The notes under the pieces: generated by a model
What the model saw: only the letters and a program-made list of their open reading frames with translations
What the model was told of the DNA's origin: nothing
The model's database searches: none
Made by a program: the position numbers and the translations under genes
Shown here: in pieces, positions 1-10,897 of the stretch
Layout: every line of letters starts with the position of its first letter
Position numbering within the stretch: position 1 is the first letter of the stretch
DNA from: Candidatus Moraniibacteriota bacterium
Lineage (GTDB): Bacteria > Patescibacteriota > Minisyncoccia > Moranbacterales > GCA-2747515
Reading direction: 5' to 3'
Assembly: GCA_038208115.1 (NCBI GenBank)
Contig: JBBQZC010000002.1
Location: 55,233 to 119,232 of the forward strand
DNA length: 64,000 bases

Positions 1-233
1 CTTTGTTGTAATCACGGCCTGATCTGTGCCACGTACAAATCCTGCATATTCTTCTGAAGCAGAAAAATTTGTTGGTTTTGCGACAATCGCCTTTACACTC
101 TTTGAATGCACAGCTTCAATATTTGTCTCTGTAGCTCCCACAGATTTCAGAGATACTGCTATTCCCACACATCCGATGATCACAATTCCGATACTAACTA
201 TCCATGCATTTTGCTTGAGTATTTTCATATTTT
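1..233 (-). CDS. efflux transporter periplasmic adaptor (HlyD/MFP family), N-terminal fragment running off the window edge
   Basis: Minus-strand ATG at 231-233 opens a frame reading MKILKQNAWIVSIGIVIIGCVG...GTDQAVITTK with no stop before position 1; N-terminal TM anchor then a segment resembling GDQQAVITAS of the adaptor at 15542-16618. Confidence 0.45.
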
Positions 234-257
234 TATACGTATTAGAAATTTCATAAA

Positions 258-545
258 TTACTTATTTTGCGCCGTTTTCACAATCCGAATCACTTCATCA
301 CGCACTTGTTGCATTTTTTTCTTTTCGGCAACAGTCTTATTTTTCATATCATCAATATAAATATCCAAATGATTTTCCAACATCATCATGTTAGCAGATT
401 TAAGGAGTCCGATTACTGCAAGGTTCTGTTGCATAAGGTCAAAACATTTTTTTTGATCTGCGTGATCCATAGCTATCAGGATTTTACCTATACTCGTATA
501 TGCCTTTTTTAAAGCGATAGTGATTTTTTCTTTTTTGCGATCCAT
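258..545 (-). CDS. CsoR/RcnR/FrmR-family metal-sensing transcriptional repressor (DUF156-like)
   Basis: 95-aa ORF with the family-typical layout KKAYTSIGKILIAMDHADQKKCFDLMQQNLAVIGLLKSANMMMLENHLDIY (conserved Cys and His positions); sits immediately upstream of the adaptor fragment. Confidence 0.5.
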   Translation of the reverse strand: MDRKKEKITIALKKAYTSIGKILIAMDHADQKKCFDLMQQNLAVIGLLKSANMMMLENHLDIYIDDMKNKTVAEKKKMQQVRDEVIRIVKTAQNK

Positions 546-629
546 AATAGTGATGTATGAAAAAAATTATACCTATACCACAGGTATAGATATAATACCA
601 TCGCATTTTTTTTTGTCAAATCTTTTCAA

Positions 630-669
630 CTAAAAAGCCACTGACATATCTCCTAATATATCAGTGGCT
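630..669 (-). terminator. rho-independent terminator downstream of the sensor kinase gene
   Basis: Perfect 9-bp stem AGCCACTGA/TCAGTGGCT (636-644 / 661-669) followed on the minus strand by a T-run (plus-strand AAAAA 632-636). Confidence 0.55.
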
Positions 670-678
670 AACGTAATG

Positions 679-2769
679 CTATTGCATTATTTTTTTAATA
701 AGTGTGCTTAACGTTCTGATTTCGAACGGTTTTTGCAAAAAACCTGTAAAATCACTCGAAAGATCACCGGCATAAAATCCAGAAATTGCAAGAATTTTTG
801 CTTGCGAATTTTTTTTCTTGATTTCTGCAGCAAATTTGGCTCCGCTCATATCCCCTGGCATTGTCAAATCTGTAATAATAAGATCAAATGCTTCTCCTGA
901 AACAAGTGATTTATCATAGATCTTCAAAGCATCTTCTCCAGATGTGACTCCGACACATATGTGTCCCATCGCCTGAATCATAGTTTGAAACATCGAACAA
1001 TTCTCCGGCATATCATCCAACACAAGTATTCGCCAAACATGAGTGCTTAAACTCACTTCATGTTTTTGTTCAATAGCCACAGTCTGTTTTACATCAACTG
1101 CTGGCAGATATACATGAAATATGGATCCTTCGCCGACAACTGAATCAACACAAATGTACCCTGAATGATTAGTGATGATGGCATATGCAACAGATAACCC
1201 AAGTCCACTTCCTTCTCCGGTTTTACCCTTTGTCGTGAAATAGGGATCAAAGATTTGCGTCAGATGTTTTTTAGATATTCCTATCCCCACATCTTTCACA
1301 AAAAAATGAACGTATTTTCCTGAGCTGATTCCGTGTAGATTTTCTCTCTCAACAAATTCGTTCTTGCCACAAATTGATATGACTCCTCCACTTGGCATCG
1401 CATGACTAGCATTGATCACCAAATTTTGGATTACCTGACAGATTTGTTTATAATCCATCATTACAAGCCATAGATCATCAGGTAATATAATTTCGCAACG
1501 GCATTGTGAGTTTGCACCAAGGGCGAACTCCGCTGATTCTCTAATTGCCTTTTCCACAGACGAAATTTCTTTAACCGAAGTACCTCCTTTTGCAAATGTA
1601 AGTAATTGCTGCGTGAGTCCAGTAGCTCTTTCTGATGCAGCAATAATGTGATGTAAATATTGATCGATATCCACATCTTTCTTATTAAGAATAAGTGAAG
1701 CATACCCCAATATTGCACTGAGCATATTATTGAAATCATGCGCAATACCTCCTGCCATAACTCCAATAGAATTCATTCGCTCAATCTTTGATCGCTCTGC
1801 CTCGAGTTGTAATCGTTCATCAATTGGACGCGCAACTCCTAAAACTTTTTTTACACCCTTCTCTACAAACGGGACCGAATAGATTTCTACAGGAATATTT
1901 TTTTTTGGATCACTAATTGATCGCAAATTGTACACTTGCATCGACTGTGATTTTTGTGTATCAATCATTTGCCCAATGCGTTCTGTTGCAATTTGCAGAT
2001 CACCCGCATCAAGGATGTCACTCAAAAGCACGTTTTCTAACTGATCTTCTCTGACACCCATAACCTCAAGCGCATTGGGATTTGCATATGATATTTTGCC
2101 GTCAGGCTCGATCACATAGACGAAATCTCGAACAGCTGTCAACATTCCTTTCAGTTTATTCTCACTTTCGTGCAATGCAATTTCTGCATTTTTTCTTACG
2201 GTTACATCTTGCACAATTGAGTACATGGAAACAGACACGCCATTTTGATCACAAATTGGCACATTTACCCATTCACAAAAAATGATATGTCCATCTTTTG
2301 TGATATTTTTAAGTAAACCATGTTTTCCATTTTTTGTTGCCAACAAGTCGGCCCAAAAATCATCTATTTGTTCATGATAATTTAATGGTACAATCAATGT
2401 AGCATGTTTACCTATCAATTCTGATTCTGTAAATCCAAAGATTTTTTCTGCTTCAGGATTACATGATACAATATGAAAATCTTTGTCCCATACGATTACC
2501 CCCAAAGACACTTGTGACAAATATAACTCAAATTGTTCTGGATTAGAAAAGATCATCTTCTTTCTCAAAGAGTCAATAATCTCTTGATTATCCTTCCTCT
2601 CGCAATCACGTCGCGCGCACAATATCGAAATAAGTGCGCCAAGTGCTATTGAAAGCATAAAAAGAAAAACATTTGCAACTGTCTCCGAATAACATGTGTG
2701 TACATATATACTCACTGCGCCGACGCAAATAGCCATTGCCATTATCATAGACACTTTACCAATTTTCAT
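679..2769 (-). CDS. hybrid sensor histidine kinase (2 TM, PAS domains, HisKA, HATPase_c, C-terminal receiver)
   Basis: 696-aa ORF; H-box GGIAHDFNNMLSAILGYASL, ATPase G-boxes GSGLGLSVAYAII, C-terminal REC segment ILVLDDMPE...DLIITDLTMPGDMSG; GGAGGA Shine-Dalgarno 5 nt upstream of ATG. Confidence 0.85.
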   Translation of the reverse strand: MKIGKVSMIMAMAICVGAVSIYVHTCYSETVANVFLFMLSIALGALISILCARRDCERKDNQEIIDSLRKKMIFSNPEQFELYLSQVSLGVIVWDKDFHIVSCNPEAEKIFGFTESELIGKHATLIVPLNYHEQIDDFWADLLATKNGKHGLLKNITKDGHIIFCEWVNVPICDQNGVSVSMYSIVQDVTVRKNAEIALHESENKLKGMLTAVRDFVYVIEPDGKISYANPNALEVMGVREDQLENVLLSDILDAGDLQIATERIGQMIDTQKSQSMQVYNLRSISDPKKNIPVEIYSVPFVEKGVKKVLGVARPIDERLQLEAERSKIERMNSIGVMAGGIAHDFNNMLSAILGYASLILNKKDVDIDQYLHHIIAASERATGLTQQLLTFAKGGTSVKEISSVEKAIRESAEFALGANSQCRCEIILPDDLWLVMMDYKQICQVIQNLVINASHAMPSGGVISICGKNEFVERENLHGISSGKYVHFFVKDVGIGISKKHLTQIFDPYFTTKGKTGEGSGLGLSVAYAIITNHSGYICVDSVVGEGSIFHVYLPAVDVKQTVAIEQKHEVSLSTHVWRILVLDDMPENCSMFQTMIQAMGHICVGVTSGEDALKIYDKSLVSGEAFDLIITDLTMPGDMSGAKFAAEIKKKNSQAKILAISGFYAGDLSSDFTGFLQKPFEIRTLSTLIKKIMQ

Positions 2770-3240
2770 ACATCCTCCTCTATCTTGTTTTGGGAGATTT
2801 TTCTCCGTAGTTATATGTAAATGAACATGAATAGCAAACTTTTGCTAACTACAAACTGTACTGTATTTTAATCAAATTGTCAACTCAAAAAGAGCTGGAT
2901 TCAAGAATCCAACGCAATCACTGATGTGTCACACAATAGATCATGTAAATCATTTCTATGTTTTTTACACAAATATTATAAATATCCTTAAAAAATGTAA
3001 TATTCTCTCATTTGCGAGAAATAATGACCTAATCATAAACATAATCAGATTTAGTTGTAACTGATATTTTATGTGCAAACCATACACTAGATGTGATATC
3101 CTCAACAAATAATGACAATTCCACATCTTCACAAGCTGTCATAAAGATGTGATTCTCCTTCCATAAAGGGAACACCTTCGTTACTGTGATAAAACCTTTT
3201 CTGGAAATGTAAATAACAACAAAAATATTTCTACCCAATA

Positions 3241-4332
3241 CTATATATCTCGCAATTGTTCGATAAGTTTTTTCTCTTCACGTGATAATTTAGTCGGCAC
3301 ATCTACGATCACTACCACAAGATGATCTCCATGTCCTATGCCACGCAATTTCGGCACGCCCTTTCCACGGATGCGATAAATCTCGCCAGATTGTGTGCCT
3401 GCTGGAATTTTCATCTTTACATCTCCTTCTACGGTTTCAATCACAATTTTATCGCCTAATACTGCTTGTGCAAATGAAATATGTTTTTCTGTACGGATGT
3501 CATTACCATCGCGCATAAATCGATTGTCTGGTATCACATGCACTGACACAATCAAATCTCCTGCCATTGTGCCACCCTCACCCACTTCTCCGCGACCTGA
3601 CATAGCAACAGCTTGTCCATCATGAATGCCAGCAGGTATTTCCACTGTTTCTCGGACTTCTTCTCGATATTGTCCGACTCCTTTGCATTTTGTGCATTTT
3701 TGATCAAATGTCTTACCTTTTCCGTTACACGTATCACACACTACCGTTTGTGCAATTGTGCCAAGGATTGTTTGCATACGTTTTTGAACATGCCCACTAC
3801 CTTTACATGTGCTACATGTATTTTCTTTGGATTCAGGCTCACCTCCTGCACCTTCACACCTGCTACAACGCACTGATTTATATAGAGAAATTTCTTTTTT
3901 TACACCACGAATCATTTCTGCAAAACTGATTTCAATATCAACTTGCAAATCACGTCCTCGTCGACTGCGACGATTTCCTCCACCGCCAAACATCTCAGAA
4001 AAAATATCCCCCATACCATCTCCGCCAAAATTAAATTCGAAACCCTGCCCACCAGAATCTTGCTGATATTGCGAAAAATCAAAACCACCAAATCCGCCAG
4101 ATCCTGCACCACCGCCAGAACCATTAAAAGTTTGTCCGAATTGGTCATATTGTGCGCGTTTTTCTTTGTTTGATAGTACCTGATATGCTTCGTTCACTTC
4201 TTTGAATTGTGCTTCATTGCCACCATCTTTGTCTGGATGGTGTTTATGTGCCATTTTGCGATATGCTTTTTTGATTTCATCTGCAGATGCACCACGCGCA
4301 ACACCGAGAATATCATAATAATCTTTTGCCAT
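3241..4332 (-). CDS. dnaJ: molecular chaperone DnaJ
   Basis: J-domain DYYDILGV...HHPDK, Gly/Phe-rich linker, four CxxCxGxG zinc-finger repeats, C-terminal substrate-binding domains; 363 aa. Confidence 0.95.
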   Translation of the reverse strand: MAKDYYDILGVARGASADEIKKAYRKMAHKHHPDKDGGNEAQFKEVNEAYQVLSNKEKRAQYDQFGQTFNGSGGGAGSGGFGGFDFSQYQQDSGGQGFEFNFGGDGMGDIFSEMFGGGGNRRSRRGRDLQVDIEISFAEMIRGVKKEISLYKSVRCSRCEGAGGEPESKENTCSTCKGSGHVQKRMQTILGTIAQTVVCDTCNGKGKTFDQKCTKCKGVGQYREEVRETVEIPAGIHDGQAVAMSGRGEVGEGGTMAGDLIVSVHVIPDNRFMRDGNDIRTEKHISFAQAVLGDKIVIETVEGDVKMKIPAGTQSGEIYRIRGKGVPKLRGIGHGDHLVVVIVDVPTKLSREEKKLIEQLRDI

Positions 4333-4446
4333 AATATTTTAGTATATGAGTAAGTAGTATATTAGTACACTAATGATAAAATATTCGGTATAAATCATCA
4401 GTGCAAAATTCAATTTCAACTATCATCATATCATGCAAAATAAAAA

Positions 4447-4473
4447 TTAGCAATCTCTATAAGAGAGTGCTAA
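4447..4473. promoter_or_regulatory. CIRCE element (HrcA operator) upstream of dnaJ
   Basis: TTAGCAATC-N9-GAGTGCTAA matches the CIRCE consensus TTAGCACTC-N9-GAGTGCTAA with one mismatch; about 115 bp upstream of the dnaJ start. Confidence 0.75.
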
Positions 4474-4532
4474 TTTTGTCTTCTAAATACAGTCTACAGT
4501 ACATTATCACTTTCTGGAGTGTTTTCATCGTC

Positions 4533-7500
4533 TTACAATGGGTTTTCTTGAGAAATTTCTGGATTTAAATCATTTGGCGCATCACCAGTAGTAATCCCTG
4601 ATTCCGCGTCTCGTTCTATATCATCTTCCACGATGAGCCAGTCGAACTTAATTGGCTTCTCTGTCGGTTCAGCAACTGTCACGTGAAATCCGCTATTGTC
4701 ATCAATGCGTGTAATTGACAATGTCTGTGTCACCACCCCACCCTTCGGTGTGATAAAAATACGACTATTTTGAACTGCGACATTTGTCGGTACGAATACA
4801 TCATATGCATCCTTAACGATTTCTGCCTCACCAATTGTAGCACCTTTTTCTTCCCCTGTGATTACAAGCGCATTCGTTTCGATACGAGTCACAACCATTA
4901 TGCCCCCAATTGTTACATTTTGCTTTGCGTCCACATAAACAATTTTTTCTGGATTGATTGAAAGTAGATCTGTAAAGTGAGCATAATCATTTTCTGTAAA
5001 ATTTAATAGCGTATTCAATACGGAGAGACCCGCCTGTGCATCAGCAAGTGAATTTTGCACTTCACCTATCGTGTCAGCTTGAAAATTTGCATCAGCCTGC
5101 AACACAAGAATATCATCTCTCAGCGTATCATCGCCATTTCGAGTTGAACGTAGCAATTCTGAAGTCTCCAAGAATTGTTCATCAGTCATTTTTTGGAGAT
5201 CCGCGAGTGATGTTGCAGTTGCTTTTGTTGTGAGATTTTTTGTGTTTGTGGTAATCTGGGTGTTTTGCTCTTTGATCGCTCCGGCAAGGAGAGCTGTAAT
5301 GTTACCATATGCAATACCGTAGCCATCTTGCTCATTACCTACGACGACCTCGGGGATGATATTTTTTACATCTTGTGCGATAAAACCGATTTGTCTGTCA
5401 CTATTAGGATTTGTTTTCCAGTTGAAATAGACATTGTCTAGCTGAAGGACTTTATGAAGTGGATCATCAATCGGCTCAATATTTGTTTTGAGTCGTGCGT
5501 CTGATGCATGGACCCAGCCTGTTGTAGTGTACGTGCCTGTTGTTGTACCGTTGTTAACGGTGAGAAGTTGAGTTGGAGATGAAGTCCCAATACCGATGTT
5601 TCCTGTACTTGCTTGCGCATAGAGCATGGATTTGGATTGATTCATCAAAACAGATACTGTGTGATCATAATTATTTGCCACAACAATATCTGAAATATTA
5701 TCATTATTAAAATCCGCTAAAGCAATTCCAAAAGCTCCAGATCCAGCGGAATATGTAACAAGAGATGCAAATGTTCCATTGCCATTATTAATCAAAACGG
5801 AAAGTGATGAATTCCACCATTCATCTAAAACAACATCATTCTTACCATCACCATTAATATCATCTATTGCGACAGAGCGAGGAGAATTTGCTGGATAATC
5901 CACTTTAGGTGCAAATGTTCCATTGCCATTATTAATCAAAACGGAAATAGTACTACTACCATAATTAGCTACTACTAAATCATCTTGACCATCATTATCC
6001 ACATCTCCAATAGTTACAGAATCGGGTTGATTGCCTGTAGAATAATCCACTTTAGGTGCAAATGTACCATTTCCATTGTTAAAAAAGACAGACACTGAGC
6101 TTGAAGATGTATTTGCTACTGCCAAATCAGCTTTGCCGTCGCCATTGAGATTACCAGTTGATACTGAAAATGGTACTGCTGAAGTTGGGTAGTCCACTTT
6201 AGGTGCAAATGTACCATTTCCATTGTTAAATAAGACAGACACTGAATTAGCATTTGCGTTTGCTACTGCCAAATCAGTACTTCCGTCACCATTAAAATCA
6301 ACTGCTACTACACCATTTGGAGACGTACCAGTTGGGTAATTTACTTTTGGAGCAAACGTACCATTACCGCTGTTGATTAAAACAGAAATATAGTTAATAT
6401 AACTACCATTTGCTACAGCAAGATCTGCTTTACCATCACCATTAAAGTCGCTCAAAACAATATTATTTCCAGATTGAGCACCAAATGACGGGTAATCAGT
6501 TTTTGATGAAAATGTGCCGTTACCATTGTTGAGCAGTATGGAAACATTGGAGCTAGCACCAACAGCCAAATCAATATTACCATCGCCATTTACATCGCCA
6601 GTAGCAATAGAATGAGGGTAAGGTGCTGTACTATAATTCACTTTTGCTACAAAAGTTCCACCTCTCGCCAAGCTCATTTCTCCACCTTGTATAGAACCAA
6701 TATTTGTAAGATTACCAGTATTTGTAATTCTTAGGGCATTACTGCTTTCACTCCCCGTTCCAATTCCTCCTGAAAAATTTGTATATCCATCAAATCCATA
6801 ATGTGCACTTAATATGCTTGATGCATTACCAGAAAAAATCAGATTGCTCGTACTAATACCCCCAAATCCTGCCACTCCGATGACATCTAGATTAAAAGTA
6901 GGAGAAGTCGTACCAATACCGATATTCCCTGTACTCTTATCCAAATATAAATTATTTGTGAAAAAAGCGATGTCACCGTTTGTAGTGGAGTCCGTATTGA
7001 AATTCAAAATATTGGCAGTGGTATTGTAACTGAATAATCCCTCGTCAGTACCAGAGGTGCCGATATGAACAGTATCTCCTCCGAGATAGAGATCTCTAAA
7101 TCGCGAAGTATCAGAGCCGAGATCATATGTATCATTGGTGCTAGGGAGGATGTTACCTGCAATCGTAAGACTGTCTGAAAAAGTGAATCCTGCTCCTGCG
7201 CCTACTGCATCAAAATTTACTCCACCGGTGGAACCAACGGTAGTTGAGAAATAGTTAGATGTGTCGTAACCAACTCTGAATTGTTCAGTAGTGCCAATAG
7301 TGTGAAGTTTTGCGGATGGTGAAGTAGTTCCTATGCCGATGTTTCCTGTATTTTTTACCGTCAAAAGATTCCCTGTGACCGGATGACTCATAGCGAGTGC
7401 ATTGCCTGGAGCATCGTCATAAATTCTATACGTATATCCAGAAGAGTTATTGTATCCAAAATTTGCATCTTTATTCAACCAATTATATGATGTTCCGTTT

Positions 7501-8999
7501 ATCATATTAACAATTGTTACACCTGTTGCGCTTGGTGTAAGTACTTTTTGCATATCAAATGTCGCTGAAAAATCTGCTGTATCTGCCATATTAGAAACCA
7601 TTAATTTGACGCTTGCTCCAGAAGAAAGATAGTATATAGTATTTAATCCATTACTAAGATTATAGTAATATTGATGAGAAGATTCTGTAATTGTAAAGAA
7701 AGGAATTACGCCAGATGTCCGAGACATATTTATCGTCAATTTATATAGTTGTCCAGGTAATACTGCTGCAGCATTACTTTGTGCAGAAGGAGCTAAACCA
7801 GCTGAACCTTCATACGCTCGTGTAATATTTGAACCTGAAGATGTAAAAATTGAATAATCTGTAATTGGCGGAATGCCATTTGTCCATGAAGTGATTATAT
7901 TCGTACCACTCAGTGTTTCTCCAGATCCTGCATCTTTAATATAACCTTCAATAATATCTCCCTCACCATCTGCAATCACAACCCTATTTCCCTTATAAGG
8001 AAGCAACGCCCCAGCAGATGAAAAATCAACAAATGCCGTGTTTGAAATTGATGACATCCGCATATTTGATAGTGTCACTGTTCCACTAGTCACAAGTGTT
8101 GAATTAGACTTTCCAGCAACTGTGAGCGTGGCAGAAGGCGCATTAGTACCAATGCCAAATCTATCATTTGTATCATCCCAAAAGAAATTTGCATTATCCT
8201 GATTATATATACCACTAGCACCTGCAAAGACGATTGATCCTGGTGTAAATTGTGTAGATGTGCCTGTGCCACCCAATGCAACACTTAGATTTGAATTCAC
8301 TGACCATGTACCGCTACTGAGAGTTGGCACACCACTTGCACTTGATGTATTAATGCCTGTACCACCGTATGTTGAGCTAATTGCTGTACCTCGCCATGAT
8401 CCTGCAGTTACTTGACCGGATGGATTGATTTGCAATGCACCACTTCCTACAGAGAAATTACCATTCACTGTAAGTGCTCCAGCCTTTATTTGACCTGTGC
8501 CTGATGTGTCAATATAGTTATCTGCAGTCAGCCCGTTGAGCCGATTCGCATTAAGCGCAAAACCTGCTGGAGTAATTTTTCTCCGTGGAGTCATCGGAGA
8601 ATTAGATCCGATTTGTACTTCCAAATAATAATTAGTACCAAACGTAACATTGAGCGGAGCATCACCTGATTCTCCCAATGCGGTGGTGAAAACACCATTT
8701 GTAACTGTCACTGATTTGGACGATGGTGTGCCACACGTGCCACGTGCACTCCACACACAATTGCCACCATTCTGCGCGTCGTGAATAGTGAGTGTAAAAT
8801 TGTATATACCATTTGGAACAGCTAGACCGAGATTATCTGTAAGCTTGCCGTGATAAGTGAGTTCGAGATCAGGAGCGGCAAAGACAGTTGGGAGAAGTAA
8901 ATTTATAAACTGAAAAATAAAAAAAGTGAATACAAAAAAGCTTCCTACTAATAAGCGGTGCTTGCGAAAATATTTTATATTTTTTTTGGAAAAAGCCAT
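4533..8999 (-). CDS. giant secreted/surface protein with 7 FG-GAP (integrin-alpha-like) repeats and a Peptidase_S74-like intramolecular-chaperone motif
   Basis: 1488-aa ORF; N-terminal signal/anchor; Gly/Thr/Ser/Asn-rich beta-rich region; seven D-x-[DN]-x-D-G-x-x-D-[LI]-[AV]-V-A-N repeats; SDARLKTNIEP...IGFIAQDVKNIIPEVV motif at aa about 1166, then a coiled-coil region and about 200 more residues. Confidence 0.8.
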   Translation of the reverse strand: MAFSKKNIKYFRKHRLLVGSFFVFTFFIFQFINLLLPTVFAAPDLELTYHGKLTDNLGLAVPNGIYNFTLTIHDAQNGGNCVWSARGTCGTPSSKSVTVTNGVFTTALGESGDAPLNVTFGTNYYLEVQIGSNSPMTPRRKITPAGFALNANRLNGLTADNYIDTSGTGQIKAGALTVNGNFSVGSGALQINPSGQVTAGSWRGTAISSTYGGTGINTSSASGVPTLSSGTWSVNSNLSVALGGTGTSTQFTPGSIVFAGASGIYNQDNANFFWDDTNDRFGIGTNAPSATLTVAGKSNSTLVTSGTVTLSNMRMSSISNTAFVDFSSAGALLPYKGNRVVIADGEGDIIEGYIKDAGSGETLSGTNIITSWTNGIPPITDYSIFTSSGSNITRAYEGSAGLAPSAQSNAAAVLPGQLYKLTINMSRTSGVIPFFTITESSHQYYYNLSNGLNTIYYLSSGASVKLMVSNMADTADFSATFDMQKVLTPSATGVTIVNMINGTSYNWLNKDANFGYNNSSGYTYRIYDDAPGNALAMSHPVTGNLLTVKNTGNIGIGTTSPSAKLHTIGTTEQFRVGYDTSNYFSTTVGSTGGVNFDAVGAGAGFTFSDSLTIAGNILPSTNDTYDLGSDTSRFRDLYLGGDTVHIGTSGTDEGLFSYNTTANILNFNTDSTTNGDIAFFTNNLYLDKSTGNIGIGTTSPTFNLDVIGVAGFGGISTSNLIFSGNASSILSAHYGFDGYTNFSGGIGTGSESSNALRITNTGNLTNIGSIQGGEMSLARGGTFVAKVNYSTAPYPHSIATGDVNGDGNIDLAVGASSNVSILLNNGNGTFSSKTDYPSFGAQSGNNIVLSDFNGDGKADLAVANGSYINYISVLINSGNGTFAPKVNYPTGTSPNGVVAVDFNGDGSTDLAVANANANSVSVLFNNGNGTFAPKVDYPTSAVPFSVSTGNLNGDGKADLAVANTSSSSVSVFFNNGNGTFAPKVDYSTGNQPDSVTIGDVDNDGQDDLVVANYGSSTISVLINNGNGTFAPKVDYPANSPRSVAIDDINGDGKNDVVLDEWWNSSLSVLINNGNGTFASLVTYSAGSGAFGIALADFNNDNISDIVVANNYDHTVSVLMNQSKSMLYAQASTGNIGIGTSSPTQLLTVNNGTTTGTYTTTGWVHASDARLKTNIEPIDDPLHKVLQLDNVYFNWKTNPNSDRQIGFIAQDVKNIIPEVVVGNEQDGYGIAYGNITALLAGAIKEQNTQITTNTKNLTTKATATSLADLQKMTDEQFLETSELLRSTRNGDDTLRDDILVLQADANFQADTIGEVQNSLADAQAGLSVLNTLLNFTENDYAHFTDLLSINPEKIVYVDAKQNVTIGGIMVVTRIETNALVITGEEKGATIGEAEIVKDAYDVFVPTNVAVQNSRIFITPKGGVVTQTLSITRIDDNSGFHVTVAEPTEKPIKFDWLIVEDDIERDAESGITTGDAPNDLNPEISQENPL
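5519..6660 (-). repeat. intragenic tandem repeats (FG-GAP blades) with near-identical DNA copies
   Basis: About 148-bp periodicity; e.g. 6047-6100 and 6195-6250 share tccactttaggtgcaaatgtaccatttccattgttaaa.aagacagacactga nearly exactly. Confidence 0.7.
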
Positions 9000-9052
9000 T
9001 GAAATATTTTATTTTTCTTATGAATTTATTATATCACATTTTTATTAATAAC

Positions 9053-9088
9053 AAAAAACCTCAATTAACATACTTTCATTAATTGAGG
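9053..9088 (-). terminator. rho-independent terminator downstream of typA
   Basis: Perfect 10-bp stem CCTCAATTAA/TTAATTGAGG (9059-9068 / 9079-9088); minus-strand T-run (plus-strand AAAAAA 9053-9058). Confidence 0.65.
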
Positions 9089-9109
9089 ATTTAAGAGATA
9101 ACATCGTTT

Positions 9110-10897
9110 TTATTCTCCCTGTCGTTTTGCTCTGATACGATCGTTTTCTGTAAGAAATTTTTTACGAAGTCGCACACTTTGTGGTGTGATTTCGAGATAT
9201 TCGTCTCCTGCCATGACTTCCATACCTTTTTCAATTGTGATGACAATTGGTGGTGTGAGATTGATAGCGTCATCCGTACCACTCGCACGCATATTCGTCA
9301 GTTGCTTTCCCTTGATCGGATTGACTGTCATCTCATCACCTTTTGCAGTATTACCGATCACTTGTCCTTGATATACATCAGTACTTGCCCCCACATAGAG
9401 AGCGCCACGCTGTTGTAAGTTTGCAAGTGAAAATCCAAGTGCTTTTCCTGTTTCACCTGATATCATCGATCCCACAGCTCGTTTTCTGATGTCGCCCACA
9501 TACGGTCGAAATTCCAGAAATCGACTTGATATGATACCCTCTCCTTTTGTGTCCACGATAAATTCATTACGATATCCCAGCAAGCCACGTGTCGGCACAT
9601 CAAAAAGCATACGCACACCATCGTGACCATGTTTCATATCTGTCATTGTGCCTTTTCTTTTTCCGAGTTTTTCGATTACTGCTCCAGAATATTGTTCTGG
9701 CACTGTTACTGTCACTTCTTCAAACGGTTCTTGCTTTACACCATCCACATGTTTGATGATTACCCGCGGTTGTGACACAGCTACTTCAAAACCTTCTCTA
9801 CGCATATTCTCTAAAAATACCGCAACATGTAATTCACCGCGACCTGACACTGTAAAATTTTCTCCAGAAAAATCGACTTTGAGTCCAACATTCACTTCAA
9901 GTTCTTTTTTGAGACGTTCACGTATTTGTTCTCGTGTTACAAATTGCCCTTCTTTTCCTGCAAAAGGCGAGTCATTGACCAAAAATTCAAGAGAGATAGT
10001 TGGCTCATCCACAGTAATTGCTGGAAGCACTTCTGCGTCTTCGTTCATACAAATCGTTTCTCCAATATCAATATTTTCGATGCCCGCAATCAGCACGATA
10101 TCCCCAGCAGATGCCTGATCTACCACTTTTTTATTAATTCCTTCAAACGTAAACAGCTTAATGATCTTTGCGCGACGTGCGTCACTTGATTGAGATTTTA
10201 CAAAAACCGGACCAATTTTAATTGTCCCCTCATATACACGAGCAACAGCCATGCGACCCAAGAAATCATCATATGCAAGTGAAAAAGATTGAAGACGAAA
10301 AGGCGCTTCTGTGTCATTTTTTGCTGGCTCTACATGTTGTAAAATTGCATCTAACAGCGGTGACATATCCTTACTATCATCAGTTGGGGAAACCATTGCC
10401 CGACCTTCACGTGCAATTGCATATACCGTTTTGAAATCCAATTGCTCATCATTTGCACCCAAATCCAAAAATAACTCATAGATTTCTTCTTCTACTTCTC
10501 CAAGACGCGCAGCTGGTTTATCAATTTTATTGATCACTACAAGTGGCTTGTGACCGATTTCAAGTGATTTTTTAAGTACAAATCGTGTCTGCGGCATCGG
10601 ACCTTCCTGCGCATCCACTACCAATACGACAGAATCGATTGATCGCAAAACACGTTCAACCTCGGAACCAAAATCAGCATGACCTGGCGTATCTACGATA
10701 TTGATTTTTGTATCCTTATACACCACTGATGTATTTTTTGCATAGATTGTGATCCCTCTTTCTTTTTCAATTGAATCACTGTCCATACTTCCGTCAGAAG
10801 ATGCTCCTGTTTGTTTCATAATCGCATCAGTAATCGTCGTTTTACCGTGATCAACGTGAGCAATTATGGCAATATTTCGTATTTCCATAAGTTCCAT
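9110..10897 (-). CDS. typA: translational GTPase TypA/BipA
   Basis: 595 aa; [17 protein letters not shown]1 motif, [26 protein letters not shown]; length and motifs typical of TypA rather than LepA or EF-G. Confidence 0.9.
   Translation of the reverse strand: MELMEIRNIAIIAHVDHGKTTITDAIMKQTGASSDGSMDSDSIEKERGITIYAKNTSVVYKDTKINIVDTPGHADFGSEVERVLRSIDSVVLVVDAQEGPMPQTRFVLKKSLEIGHKPLVVINKIDKPAARLGEVEEEIYELFLDLGANDEQLDFKTVYAIAREGRAMVSPTDDSKDMSPLLDAILQHVEPAKNDTEAPFRLQSFSLAYDDFLGRMAVARVYEGTIKIGPVFVKSQSSDARRAKIIKLFTFEGINKKVVDQASAGDIVLIAGIENIDIGETICMNEDAEVLPAITVDEPTISLEFLVNDSPFAGKEGQFVTREQIRERLKKELEVNVGLKVDFSGENFTVSGRGELHVAVFLENMRREGFEVAVSQPRVIIKHVDGVKQEPFEEVTVTVPEQYSGAVIEKLGKRKGTMTDMKHGHDGVRMLFDVPTRGLLGYRNEFIVDTKGEGIISSRFLEFRPYVGDIRKRAVGSMISGETGKALGFSLANLQQRGALYVGASTDVYQGQVIGNTAKGDEMTVNPIKGKQLTNMRASGTDDAINLTPPIVITIEKGMEVMAGDEYLEITPQSVRLRKKFLTENDRIRAKRQGE

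Noticed and set aside
1461-1766. Numerous 60-160-aa ORFs nested inside or antisense to large genes (e.g. 1461-1766, 9648-10118, 17764-18198, 35946-36194, 33772-34422)
   Set aside because: They overlap well-supported long CDSs on the opposite strand or another frame, lack RBSs and have low-complexity translations. They are treated as spurious.
2893-2912. GGATTCAAGAATCC palindrome as tRNA or terminator
   Set aside because: 6-bp arms with a 2-nt loop cannot fold. No flanking T-run.
3029-3238. 69-aa ORF downstream of dnaJ
   Set aside because: No RBS or motif. It cannot be supported from sequence alone.
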